Positions 20,133-29,116 of a stretch of 64,000 nt of DNA are shown here, piece after piece. The DNA lies in IMG/VR virus record IMGVR_UViG_3300028601_000019, positions 4,130 through 68,129 of that record; one strand, written 5' to 3'. The notes beneath the pieces were generated by a model that ran no database searches, was not told the DNA's origin, and saw only the letters and a list, made by a program, of their open reading frames with translations. The position numbers and the translations under genes are program-made. The number at the start of each line of letters is the position of its first letter. Position 1 is the stretch's first letter. This DNA is from a virus. Lineage: Duplodnaviria; Heunggongvirae; Uroviricota; Caudoviricetes.

Positions 20133-21188
20133 ATGTATTGGTTTAAATGTTTCTTTATAACTCTAATAATTGTATTTGATTTTTTAGTATTTACTAGCCC
20201 AGTATCAACATCGGATTTAGATAAAAGAGATTTACTTCCAATTTTAAAAATTGCTATTGTAAACTCTTATGATATAGATCATGTTTGTGGAAGCCCCCAA
20301 ACACAAGGAATTATACATGGATTATCTAAATTAGATTCTAAGTATCAGCTTGATATACAAGTTTGATATATGAAAACAGATATAACATTTACTACACAGG
20401 ATAAGATAGAATATATTTCGAAGAAAGTTATAGAGGACATTAAAGCCTTTAATCCTGACCATATATTTACAGTAGATGATACTGCTTTTAAAAATGTTGG
20501 AATTCCCTTTTCTAAAACTCATAATGTATTTTTTTCTGGAATCAACAAACCATTTAATGAATATCTTGTGTCTGAAGATATGGATGGTTTAAAATTTTCA
20601 GGAATTGAAGAACAATTGGATATGGAAAAATTTTTTAAAATTATTTCCAAAATTGAATTTTATCCCAGTCGATTCTGAATATTAGCAGATTCTAATACCA
20701 CATCATTTTATCTTGCTCAAAATTATAAAAACGAAATAAAAAAACATAGTTCATTCTCAAGTGAAATTATAACTGTTTCCAGGACATCTGATCTTCGTAA
20801 GATACTTTCAAACTTACAACAGGAAAAGAAGGGTGTTATAATATATGCTTTTCAAACATTACTGGATGATGATTATAATGTTATAAAAACTAAAAAATCC
20901 CTATTATCCGACCTTTTAAAATACAACAAAAAACATCTAGAATTATGTGAAAATTGTTATTACTCCAAAAGTGGCATCTCATTAACACTGTCTCCAGATT
21001 TTTATAAAATGGGTATAGATGTTGCTAATATGTTTGTAGATTTTATAGAAAGTAAATCGTTTAAAACAGATATATTTAGGTCTTCAAATTTGTTTTCAAT
21101 AAATATTAAAAGATTGGAAGATCTTGAATTTAAATGGGTCTACAATAAAATTATTGAAGAGGTAGATGGCTCTTATGCAATATATTAA
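20133..21188 (+). CDS. Membrane-anchored protein of about 351 aa with a periplasmic-binding-protein-like region (KIAIVNSYDIDHVCGSPQTQGIIHGL), 2 in-frame TGA.
   Basis: N-terminal transmembrane segment FFITLIIVFDFLVF. Resembles COG2984-type substrate-binding proteins. Weak assignment. Confidence 0.35.
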
Positions 21189-21480
21189 AGGTAGACTTGG
21201 AAATTTATTTCATAAATTTATTTCAAATCTACATTACATAATGATCTGTATTGTTGGAATTCTTTTTATAGCAAATTTGATGTTTTATAATACAGAAGAA
21301 ATAAATTATTCAGATATAGTGTTAGATAAAACATTTGAAAATGTTGACGAAGTATATATTAATAATGAATTTGGCAAATCTTTGATATTAAAAGTTCCTC
21401 ATAGATCTAGAATCATAGTGCAAAAAAAGGAACTTGCAAATTCAAATACATTTTTAATCCGTGTAGACGTATTAAAATAG
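21166..21480 (+). CDS. Small membrane protein, 104 aa.
   Basis: GAGGTAG ribosome-binding site. One transmembrane helix. Confidence 0.4.
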   Translation: MALMQYIKGRLGNLFHKFISNLHYIMICIVGILFIANLMFYNTEEINYSDIVLDKTFENVDEVYINNEFGKSLILKVPHRSRIIVQKKELANSNTFLIRVDVLK

Positions 21481-21516
21481 GAGGTGATGTATTCAAACCC
21501 ACTAAGGAGTTAGGTT

Positions 21517-21933
21517 ATGATAGAATTTTTTTTAACTTTACCATTTAGCATAGAAATCTGAAAAACAATATCATTGTTATCATTAGCAGCAATAATATTT
21601 CTCGTTAGAATATATAATAAGTATTTTGTACTGGAAGAAATATTAGAAGTTCATGTTAAAAGGATCAGTGAAAATATAGATAAAATTAATGAACGACATG
21701 AAGAATTTCTAATAACAGTAGATAAGTTCATTGGTGTAATTACAACGACAGATGAAATAAGCATAAAGCAAAAAGAGCAAATAGATCTTTTAAATAAGAT
21801 AGTAGACGGGTTTAGAGTAAAGGGTGTTTGTGAATCGAAAGAAGTTATCAAGAATGAAGATAGTGACACATTAACTTTAAAGAAACTTTTAGATTTAATT
21901 TGTGAGGATTATGAATTACACAGAAAAGATTAA
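21517..21933 (+). CDS. Small membrane protein of about 138 aa, with 1 in-frame TGA.
   Basis: AAGGAG ribosome-binding site. Transmembrane helix plus a coiled-coil region. Confidence 0.4.
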
Positions 21934-22002
21934 ACAAACCATTGTTTACAATTTAGTTCCCCTGTTTTAAATTTAACCAAATTTGAAATGGGGGAACTTT
22001 TT

Positions 22003-22500
22003 ATGAACACACAACTACTGGAGCCCGAAAAAACAAAAATAAATTACTATGTAAAAAATAAAGATCTTCTTATTGAGATTGAAAAGCTTCAGGAAACTAA
22101 TGTTTTTTCTGATACATTGGGAAGATATATTATTAGAATTGTTAATGGCCTTTCACATAGACCAAACTTTAGTGGATATACATACATTGAAGATATGAAA
22201 TCTGAAGCACATGTAGCCATTATTAAAGGGCTTAGAAATTTTAATCTTGAAAAATCTAGTAATCCATTTGCATATATTACTCAAATAGCATGAAATGCTT
22301 TTATAGCATTCATAGGAAGAGAAAAGAAAAAATCCAAAACAAAGAAAAGATTATTTGATTTAAAAGATCTTATTCAAGAAGAAGATTCTATGTGTGCAAT
22401 TAACTATTCATATTATTGTGAAATAGAAGTATTTGAAAATGTTGACGAAGTTCCAGATGTTAAAATGGAAGATTTAGAAATTTGTGAGGAAAATGAATAA
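22003..22500 (+). CDS. gp55: Late-transcription sigma factor (T4 gp55-like), about 165 aa, with 1 in-frame TGA.
   Basis: RPNFSGYT matches T4 RFNFSGYT. NPFAYITQIA-TGA-NAFIAFIGREKK matches [21 protein letters not shown]. It lies adjacent to a gp47 homolog, as in T4. Confidence 0.8.
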
Positions 22501-23484
22501 ATGAAACATGCTGTTTTTACTGATCTTCATGTTGGGTTAAATATTAATCAAGAAGTATGGGAAAAACTCCCTATTAAAGCTGTAGAATTTCTAACAACAG
22601 AAGCAAGAAGAAGAAATCTTAAATCTATTATTTTTGCTGGTGATTTTTATCATGATAAAAAAGAACTATCAATCAAAGCCATTGATTCAGCAAGAATAAT
22701 CTGCGAAATGTTAGATGAATTTCAAACATATATTATTTGTGGAAATCATGATGCGTATTTTAGAAATACAAACGAACTAAATTCCCTTCAAACAATAGAT
22801 AAGTTTAAAAACATTCATATTATTAATTCACCAACAATTATATATGATAAAATTGGTCTTTGCCCCTGGTCAACAGACTATAGAGAATTAAAATGCCCTA
22901 TTCTAATTGGTCATTTTGATATTAAAGATTTTAAAATGAATGATAATACAACATCTTTTAAAGGTGAAGAAATTTCAAGCTTTAAAGATTTTGAAATTGT
23001 TATTTCTGGTCATTATCATACATATTCCAAAAAAGGAAATATAGTATATATTGGAAATATGTATGGTCATAATTTTAATGATGTTAATGCAAGTAGAGGA
23101 TTTCATATTTTCGATGATGAAACTTTGGAATTAGAATTTGTAGAATTCAAAGATGCTCCTAAATTTATTCATGTTTTCGATATGGATCTTAATGAAGAAC
23201 AAATTAAAGGAAACATTATAAAAATCTATTTTACAAAAGAATATTCTGAAATGGATATCCTTGATTTTCTTACTCGAGTTAATTCGCTAAATCCTTTACA
23301 GGTTGATGTCAACTATTCCAGAATTGAAATGGAAGATGTTAAAATGGATATTCCTGAAGAGATTTTTTCAACATTAGATGAGAAACAATTGTTTCTTACT
23401 TACTTGGATAAAATTTCTATTCCTGATCATCTTAAACTTCCAATGTGTAAAAAGATTTTAGAAGATTTATTTAAAAATCAATAG
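22501..23484 (+). CDS. gp47: Mre11/SbcD-like recombination nuclease (T4 gp47-like), 327 aa.
   Basis: Metallophosphoesterase motifs DLHVG, GDFYH, GNHD and GHYH. T4 gene order 55-47. Confidence 0.8.
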   Translation: MKHAVFTDLHVGLNINQEVWEKLPIKAVEFLTTEARRRNLKSIIFAGDFYHDKKELSIKAIDSARIICEMLDEFQTYIICGNHDAYFRNTNELNSLQTIDKFKNIHIINSPTIIYDKIGLCPWSTDYRELKCPILIGHFDIKDFKMNDNTTSFKGEEISSFKDFEIVISGHYHTYSKKGNIVYIGNMYGHNFNDVNASRGFHIFDDETLELEFVEFKDAPKFIHVFDMDLNEEQIKGNIIKIYFTKEYSEMDILDFLTRVNSLNPLQVDVNYSRIEMEDVKMDIPEEIFSTLDEKQLFLTYLDKISIPDHLKLPMCKKILEDLFKNQ

Positions 23485-23486
23485 AA

Positions 23487-23525
23487 TAAAAAAGGTAACT
23501 AGAGCAATTTAGTTACCTTTTTAGT
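23487..23525 (+). terminator. Rho-independent terminator AAGGTAACTA-gagcaat-TTAGTTACCTT followed by a T-run.
   Basis: 10-bp stem. Confidence 0.7.
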
Positions 23526-23534
23526 TTCTGTTCA

Positions 23535-23860
23535 TTGTTTACCCAATCAATAATACCCATTAATCTATACCCTCCGTACTAAGTTATATTATAACTAACC
23601 TATCCGGATATCATTGTAAACAAACAAACTAGGAAAATTTTCGGCAATTTGATATCATGTCCGGAAAACTCAAGATTCTTGATGATTCTAGGAAACCTAA
23701 TTATATCAATAACTTAGAAATCCTCCAAATTCTTAGTTTTCCTAATCAAATTAAGTACTTAGAAGAAATCCTCAAAAAACTAGTGAAAATCGTGTATAAT
23801 TATATTGATTTTTTGCAGGATTCAGGAATCCTAATTATTGTAATAATTTAGGATTCTGAA
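23535..23860 (+). repeat. Copy 1 of a 330-bp dispersed repeat. It contains the palindromes AGTTATATTATAACT, AGGATTCAGGAATCCT and AATTATTGTAATAATT, and a small ORF (23657..23851).
   Basis: About 85-90% identical to 48598..48925. The first palindrome differs between copies but is perfect in both, a compensatory change. Confidence 0.7.
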
Positions 23861-23872
23861 AAAAGTAGTGTA

Positions 23873-23923
23873 CATTCTTTCAAAATCTGGTTATTCTGAA
23901 AACATCTTAACAAACAAAACCAA
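23873..23923 (+). promoter_or_regulatory. Early-type promoter AAAAAGTAGTGTACATT ... GGTTATTCTGAAAACATCTTAACAAAC.
   Basis: The 17-mer is shared with 27885. The leader resembles the others. Confidence 0.4.
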
Positions 23924-24304
23924 ATGGAGATTAAGATGTTTGCTATTATTAATGAAAAGAACGAAAGGTTGTCTAATGGTTACACACTTAAATTTGTAGA
24001 TGCTTCTAAACGCTGTTGTCTATGGAAGAATGAGACTCCTGCTAGGAATCTTTTGAATAAACTTACTGATGATGGTGTGGTTGGATTACGAGTTGAAGAT
24101 ATTGGGGATGAACTTCCTAAGGTTGAAAAGAAAGAACGAAAGCTAAAAGAAGAAACTCAATCTCAAGAAGAAGTTGAATTTGATGAAACTTCATTTTTTG
24201 AGCAAGGAATTAATGAAAAATGTTTGAGATGTGAGGGCGACTGTAAACAGTCAGCTCTTGTAAAAATTATTCGTTGCCCTAGTTTCAAAAAGATTAAAAA
24301 ATAA
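23924..24304 (+). CDS. Hypothetical protein of 126 aa with a C-terminal CxxC..C region.
   Basis: ORF with a ribosome-binding site. Confidence 0.5.
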   Translation: MEIKMFAIINEKNERLSNGYTLKFVDASKRCCLWKNETPARNLLNKLTDDGVVGLRVEDIGDELPKVEKKERKLKEETQSQEEVEFDETSFFEQGINEKCLRCEGDCKQSALVKIIRCPSFKKIKK

Positions 24305-24369
24305 TGTATGTACATTCTCTCAATAGTTTGATACTTCTATTTTTAACACAATCATTTAAGGAGATTTTA

Positions 24370-24645
24370 ATGAATTCATTATTTGAAAGAATAGAGCCCA
24401 TGGATGGAGAAGAAATTGCCAAAGAACTTGGAACAACCCGCCAGTATATTTGTAACACACTCAAATCTGCCCTCCGCAAAGTATACAAATCTCTTAAACA
24501 GAAAAATCCTGACATGACCCCCTTTGAAATTGTAAATGCTATTAGAGAATTTTTTGGAATTGAAGACACAGATGAAGTCCGCATATTTTTTCAATCTTTT
24601 CCCCCAGATGTTAGAGAAGAAGTAGAATCTTCAATGAAAATGTAA
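24370..24645 (+). CDS. Standalone sigma-70 region-4-like helix-turn-helix protein, 91 aa.
   Basis: MDGEEIAKELGTTRQYICNTLKSALRKV matches the sigma70_r4 pattern (L..eIA..lG.t...V.q....Al.kL). AAGGAG ribosome-binding site. Confidence 0.5.
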   Translation: MNSLFERIEPMDGEEIAKELGTTRQYICNTLKSALRKVYKSLKQKNPDMTPFEIVNAIREFFGIEDTDEVRIFFQSFPPDVREEVESSMKM

Positions 24646-24652
24646 TTTTTTA

Positions 24653-24700
24653 TTTACAAACATTAAAAAGTTTTATATTCTGATCTTAACAAAACAACAT
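24653..24700 (+). promoter_or_regulatory. Early-type promoter TTTACA (-35) ... TATATT (-10) plus the leader CTGATCTTAACAAAACAACA.
   Basis: Nearly identical to 24954-24995 and 12376-12425. Confidence 0.5.
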
Positions 24701-24717
24701 TAACAAAGGAAACGATC

Positions 24718-24948
24718 ATGGAAATCAAGAAGGGCGACATCATTAGAAGTTATGACTTTCATTTCAATACTGATTGTTATAATGTTGGCATCGTAACAGA
24801 TGTTGATGATAAATGGATTTATTTCACCTCTGGTAAGAAGGTTTGGATGGGAGAAGAGATTGAAGATTTCGATCCTTATATGAGAACCGCCCCAATTGGA
24901 TTCATGATGCTTGACGAAGAATTTGAAAGAATTTTAATTTTAGCTTAA
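24718..24948 (+). CDS. Hypothetical early protein, 76 aa.
   Basis: ORF after an early promoter. Confidence 0.5.
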   Translation: MEIKKGDIIRSYDFHFNTDCYNVGIVTDVDDKWIYFTSGKKVWMGEEIEDFDPYMRTAPIGFMMLDEEFERILILA

Positions 24949-25024
24949 TTTTTGTTTACAAACATTAAAAAGTTTTATATTTCTCTAATTAATATAAACA
25001 ACTTAATCAAATGGAGATTATCTC

Positions 25025-25846
25025 ATGGCTACCCCAGTAACTTCTATGAATCCTTTCTTTAATGTTGAACGTTCTCCCGTTTACACAAAGTTCAACGGCA
25101 AGGAAATTCGCCTCTCTAAGGATGTTCTTGTAAATGTTGAAACTGGAAACCCTGTAGGTATTGTTGGCAGGGACTACAAGGTAGTTACAAATGCCGAAGT
25201 TAATGAAATTTTTGGTGAAGCTTTTTCCAAATATAAGATTAAGCAAACTATGGATTTCATGAAGAAGGGTGGTGAAACTTGGGTACGCAGGATTGTTTTT
25301 GAAGATGATTCTCTTACCTTTGATGTTGGAAACGGCGACTCTCAACATGTAATGTTGGAAATTTTCAATGGATTCAATCTTACAACTCGCTACGGGTATG
25401 AAATTTCACTTTTCCGTTCTATTTGTTCAAATGGAATGGTTTTCGGAAGAAAAAATCTCTTTGGTTTGAACTTCACCCACATGAAGAATAATCTTGAAGT
25501 TATTCAAAACACCTTTGAACTTGGTACAAAGGAAATTGGTGAAACAATTATTCCTACCTGGCAAAAGTGGACCAAGATTCCTCACACAATGAAAGATATG
25601 GAAACATTTATTGATTCTCGAGATTATGTCAACAATGACAAGATGAAGGAACGAATTCTTGTCAAGTATGAGGAAATTATGAATCGTGAAAAGCATGATG
25701 AAACTCGATTCGGTGCGTTTAATACGCTTACTTACATGATGACTCATGAAACAAGTTCTCGTCGTGAAGATACATCAAACATTTTTGGCAATGCTTACAG
25801 GAAGTATGAGCGGCTTGCCCAAGATATGTACGAACTTCCCATGTAA
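25025..25846 (+). CDS. DUF932/TIGR03299-like phage-plasmid protein, 273 aa.
   Basis: NPVGIVGRDYKVVTNAEVNEIF and RSICSNGMVFG resemble conserved DUF932 motifs. Confidence 0.4.
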   Translation: MATPVTSMNPFFNVERSPVYTKFNGKEIRLSKDVLVNVETGNPVGIVGRDYKVVTNAEVNEIFGEAFSKYKIKQTMDFMKKGGETWVRRIVFEDDSLTFDVGNGDSQHVMLEIFNGFNLTTRYGYEISLFRSICSNGMVFGRKNLFGLNFTHMKNNLEVIQNTFELGTKEIGETIIPTWQKWTKIPHTMKDMETFIDSRDYVNNDKMKERILVKYEEIMNREKHDETRFGAFNTLTYMMTHETSSRREDTSNIFGNAYRKYERLAQDMYELPM

Positions 25847-25857
25847 ATAAAAATTTT

Positions 25858-25923
25858 GGGAGAGATGAACCTCTTTGAGGTCATAGCAAGCCTTGAACTT
25901 GCCTCAATTAAATTGACTCTCCC
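25858..25923 (+). repeat. 66-nt structured intergenic repeat, copy 1. It has an outer stem GGGAGAG/CTCTCCC and two internal hairpins.
   Basis: Identical to 29593..29658. It lies directly after a stop codon. Confidence 0.7.
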
Positions 25924-25942
25924 TAATTTTAAGGAGCTAATT

Positions 25943-26413
25943 ATGTATGGAACTACAGATGACCTTATAGGATATTATTTTCAATATAAAGGCATATATG
26001 TGGGTTGGGATGATAATAGTGGAATGGATATGTTTATTCATCATAAAATTAAAGCTGGAAATTTTTCAACAATTTTCAATATTGTACCAGATGATTTTGA
26101 ATTTCCAACGGGCGATGATTTAAAACAAATCTATAAAAACTGTAAAACAGTCAAAGGATTTAGAGAGTTTATTGGGTATCAAAATAAATATTGGACTTCA
26201 GATGTATATTCTGATAATATAATGTATGCTTTTAATTTTAATAGGGGGCAATTTTCTAGGGAATATAAATCTTCAGATGGTTGTTATGGAATTTATATTA
26301 GAAAGATTTACAGAAATGATGATTTAGGCAATGATGCCCACATGAAAAGTCGTGGGTTCTATTCCCATAGACTACGATGGAAGAAGGATCTACAAGAATA
26401 TGATTACAACTAA
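25943..26413 (+). CDS. Hypothetical protein of about 156 aa.
   Basis: AAGGAG ribosome-binding site. The standard-code ORF start at 25856 lies inside the repeat and was not used. Confidence 0.45.
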   Translation: MYGTTDDLIGYYFQYKGIYVGWDDNSGMDMFIHHKIKAGNFSTIFNIVPDDFEFPTGDDLKQIYKNCKTVKGFREFIGYQNKYWTSDVYSDNIMYAFNFNRGQFSREYKSSDGCYGIYIRKIYRNDDLGNDAHMKSRGFYSHRLRWKKDLQEYDYN

Positions 26414-26585
26414 AGAAGAATATCATAAAGCTCTTAGACGGCTTGATGAACTTTGTACAAAAGAAAATCTTTCAGTTAAAGAAACAATTGAACTTGACAA
26501 AGAACTAGTCATAGATATTCAACTTTATGAAGATTTTCTTTTTCGTGAGTATTTGGACGAAAACTTTTTAACTTATAAAAATTAG
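26400..26585 (+). CDS. Small hypothetical protein of 61 aa.
   Basis: Overlapping ATG. Weak. Confidence 0.3.
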   Translation: MITTKEEYHKALRRLDELCTKENLSVKETIELDKELVIDIQLYEDFLFREYLDENFLTYKN

Positions 26586-26597
26586 GAGGATTAGAAA

Positions 26598-26957
26598 ATG
26601 ATGATTCAGTATGTTAGACGTGGCAAGAGTAGGATTCCTTTTGGAACTATGACCGCGCAAAAGCTTACAAATGCGAAGGGAATTGAATATCTTTCTTTGG
26701 GCTGGTCTATTTGTAATAAGAAGGATACATTTTTTAAAAGTATTGGAAAGGTTGAATCTATGGATAGGGCTACACATCATGATTTTTTCATGATGGATAA
26801 TGAAACTACAAGAATGGATATTCCTTCATCTTTTGCAAAGAAGTTCGAGCGATTTGCACAAAGGGCATCAGCATATTTTCAAACTAAGCAGTTTCAGAAT
26901 GAATATTTTGTAACTACAACCGAAATTACAACAAAGGAAGAAAGATTGGATGTTTAG
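26598..26957 (+). CDS. Hypothetical protein, 119 aa.
   Basis: AGGAGG ribosome-binding site. Confidence 0.5.
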   Translation: MMIQYVRRGKSRIPFGTMTAQKLTNAKGIEYLSLGWSICNKKDTFFKSIGKVESMDRATHHDFFMMDNETTRMDIPSSFAKKFERFAQRASAYFQTKQFQNEYFVTTTEITTKEERLDV

Positions 26958-27087
26958 ACCAGATAAGGAAGATGGATTATTCACCTTAAATTCTGTCTTC
27001 CTTCTTATTAAGGATAATAATTATATATTAGTTACTTTTAAAGATTGCTCAGATGAAGCAAAGGGGGTTGAAATATGAAACATTGAA

Positions 27088-27324
27088 TTGCTTAAACAAT
27101 TGCCAACTGAATTTGCAATGGTTCCAAACATTCCTTGTAAAAAGGAGAATGATGCAGTTAGAGCCAAAGATGTATATAAGCTAAGAATGTTCTTTGAAAA
27201 ATTAGGTTTTGATTTCTTCTTTTGGCATGAAACGATGGAAGAAGAAAAAAACTTTGAAAATATTGAAAAATTCTATTTACAAAGAATCAAGCCTAGTATA
27301 GAAAAAGAATTAAGAAGACAATAA
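27088..27324 (+). CDS. Hypothetical protein of about 78 aa. Start uncertain.
   Basis: ORF. Confidence 0.3.
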   Translation: MLKQLPTEFAMVPNIPCKKENDAVRAKDVYKLRMFFEKLGFDFFFWHETMEEEKNFENIEKFYLQRIKPSIEKELRRQ

Positions 27325-27331
27325 TTTAACT

Positions 27332-27405
27332 GGCCCAGTAACTCAACTGGATAGAGTACGAACCTCCTAAGTTCGAAGTTGCAAGATCGTACCTTGCCGG
27401 GGTCA
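27332..27405 (+). tRNA. tRNA-Arg (anticodon CCU), 74 nt, with one A-G mismatch in the acceptor stem.
   Basis: Hand-folded cloverleaf: acceptor GGCCCAG, D-arm ACTC/GAGT, anticodon arm CGAAC-CTCCTAA-GTTCG, T-arm GCAAG-ATCGTAC-CTTGC. Confidence 0.6.
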
Positions 27406-27411
27406 CAAAAT

Positions 27412-27484
27412 GCTCCTGTAGTTCAATTAGCAGAATCCCCGGCTCATAACCGGACAGTTGTAGGTGCAAATCCTGCCGGGAGCA
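27412..27484 (+). tRNA. tRNA with a CAU anticodon (elongator Met, or Ile if modified to lysidine), 73 nt.
   Basis: Hand-folded cloverleaf: acceptor GCTCCTG/CGGGAGC, anticodon loop CTCATAA, T-arm GTAGG-TGCAAAT-CCTGC. The 1:72 pair is G-C, so it is not an initiator. Confidence 0.65.
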
Positions 27485-27508
27485 CAAACTTTTAAAAGGA
27501 GATTTGAA

Positions 27509-27739
27509 ATGATTAGAGAAAAATCAGAAAGAAGCAATAAACCAATTATTATTGATCTTACAGGGCCAGAAGGAAATGCGTATGCTCTTATGGCTTATGC
27601 CAAATCATTTGCAAAACATCTTAGCTACTCTGTTTCCGATATAGAACTAATGATATCTGATATGATGAGTTCAGATTATGAACATCTTCTTGAGGTTTTT
27701 GATTCCCATTTTGGTGATTATGTAATCTTGGAGCGATAA
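27509..27739 (+). CDS. Hypothetical protein, 76 aa.
   Basis: AAAGGAG ribosome-binding site. Confidence 0.5.
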   Translation: MIREKSERSNKPIIIDLTGPEGNAYALMAYAKSFAKHLSYSVSDIELMISDMMSSDYEHLLEVFDSHFGDYVILER

Positions 27740-27895
27740 ATGAAAAATATGATTGTGGTTGCTGATTTTTTCATGGATCAAGATGAAGTTTCTATTGTTG
27801 ATTTTATCTTAAAACATCAAAATGTTATTAAATCCATTTACTTTAATGGCGAATTTTATAGCGTAGAAAAAACTTTGGAAAATTTTAAAAAGTAG
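27740..27895 (+). CDS. Hypothetical protein, 51 aa.
   Basis: The ATG abuts the previous TAA. Confidence 0.35.
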   Translation: MKNMIVVADFFMDQDEVSIVDFILKHQNVIKSIYFNGEFYSVEKTLENFKK

Positions 27896-27945
27896 TGTAC
27901 ATTTGTTTTGACTTTTGTTATTCTGATCTTAACAAAACAACAATT
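27885..27945 (+). promoter_or_regulatory. Early-type promoter AAAAAGTAGTGTACATT..TTTGAC..GTTATTCTGATCTTAACAAAACAACAA.
   Basis: Shared 17-mer and conserved leader. Confidence 0.45.
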
Positions 27946-28018
27946 TAACCAAGGGAAAATAAAATGATCACTTTCTTCAAGAACTACGAAAATATTGATG
28001 AAAATGGGGGTATGAATA

Positions 28019-28483
28019 GTGAAGATTAGACATTGTTTCGTCTCAAATTCAAGTAGTTCAAGTTTTATCATTGGGTTAGCCAAGACAGATGACAACTCAG
28101 GAACAAAATTTGATTCTTCAAATTTGGTTTGGTCGGAATGGAACGAAAGTTATTTTCTGGAAGTAGAGGGTGGAAGATATTCCGGTGAAATTTATGTTCG
28201 TAAAAATGATGATGGGAGTTATAAACTTGAAATTGAATCTTTTATGGGATCATCAGTAACTTGTAATATTAAAGATGGAGAATACTTCCTTCATGTTGAT
28301 GGTGCTGGTCCAGGAGAGGATTCTTTCTTTTCTGTATATGATGATGATGGAAACTGGGTTGACATTGATTATGATATGATTGAACTTGACGATTTTGATA
28401 AAAAAGATGTTGAAAAGTTTTATAAGATTCGTGATCTTGGTGGGGATGCTACCTATGGAACAAAAGTTATTTTCTGGGAGTAG
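28019..28483 (+). CDS. Hypothetical protein of 154 aa with the N-terminus MKIRHCFVSNSSSSSFI. It is terminated by the junction of a tandem duplication.
   Basis: GTG start. Shares the MKIR.(C/F)FVSNSSSSSFI N-terminus with the 28794 gene. Confidence 0.45.
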   Translation: MKIRHCFVSNSSSSSFIIGLAKTDDNSGTKFDSSNLVWSEWNESYFLEVEGGRYSGEIYVRKNDDGSYKLEIESFMGSSVTCNIKDGEYFLHVDGAGPGEDSFFSVYDDDGNWVDIDYDMIELDDFDKKDVEKFYKIRDLGGDATYGTKVIFWE

Positions 28484-28780
28484 AGGGTGGAAGATATTCC
28501 GGTGAAATTTATGTTCGTAAAAATGATGATGGGAGTTATAAACTTGAAATTGAATCTTTTATGGGATCATCAGTAACTTGTAATATTAAAGATGGAGAAT
28601 ACTTCCTTCATGTTGATGGTGCTGGTCCAGGAGAGGATTCTTTCTTTTCTGTATATGATGATGATGGAAACTGGGTTGACATTGATTATGATATGATTGA
28701 ACTTGACGATTTTGATAAAAAAGATGTTGAAAAGTTTTATAAGATTCGTGATCTTGGTGGGGATGCTACCTATGGAGCAG
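28140..28780 (+). repeat. Tandem direct duplication of about 318 bp x 2. The second copy is out of frame.
   Basis: 28157-28470 is repeated at 28473-28790. The junction reads TTATTTTCTGG(G/A)AGTAGAGGGTGG. Confidence 0.8.
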
Positions 28781-28794
28781 GGAGGAATGGTTAA
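28561..28794 (+). pseudogene. Duplicated 3' fragment of the 28019 gene.
   Basis: The amino-acid sequence is identical to the C-terminus of the 28019 protein. Confidence 0.5.
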
Positions 28795-29116
28795 TGAAAA
28801 TTAGGAAATTTTTTGTAAGCAATAGTTCAAGCAGTAGCTTCATTGTCCTTACACAGGGAATTTCTGAAATTCAAAAAGAACTTCTTTTAAACATTGAAGA
28901 TGAGTGGTTTAAACAAGATCCTTGGAGAATTACTGAAGAAGAATTTTGGATTGAAGGGTATACATCCATGGATAACTTTGATATGAATGAATATATGGAA
29001 AAGATTGGTATTGATGTTAAAAAATATGTAAAATGGTGGTATGTTTACTTATGTTGGATCAATACTTGATGATGGAAATTTTGTTTATTCGATTGTCATT
29101 CGCATGTATTTACATT
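28794..29116 (+). CDS. Paralog of the 28019 gene (MKIRKFFVSNSSSSSFI). Its 3' end overlaps the 29041 ORF in another frame.
   Basis: N-terminal paralogy. Ends with a W-W-W run via TGA codons. Confidence 0.4.

Noticed and set aside
24294-24594. Minus-strand ORFs antisense to the sigma region-4 protein gene.
   Set aside because: No ribosome-binding site. The plus-strand gene has a ribosome-binding site and a recognisable helix-turn-helix.
25856-25942. Start of ORF 25856 (MGEMNLFEV...).
   Set aside because: The N-terminal 29 codons are the 66-nt intergenic repeat. The real start is more likely the ribosome-binding-site-preceded ATG at 25943.
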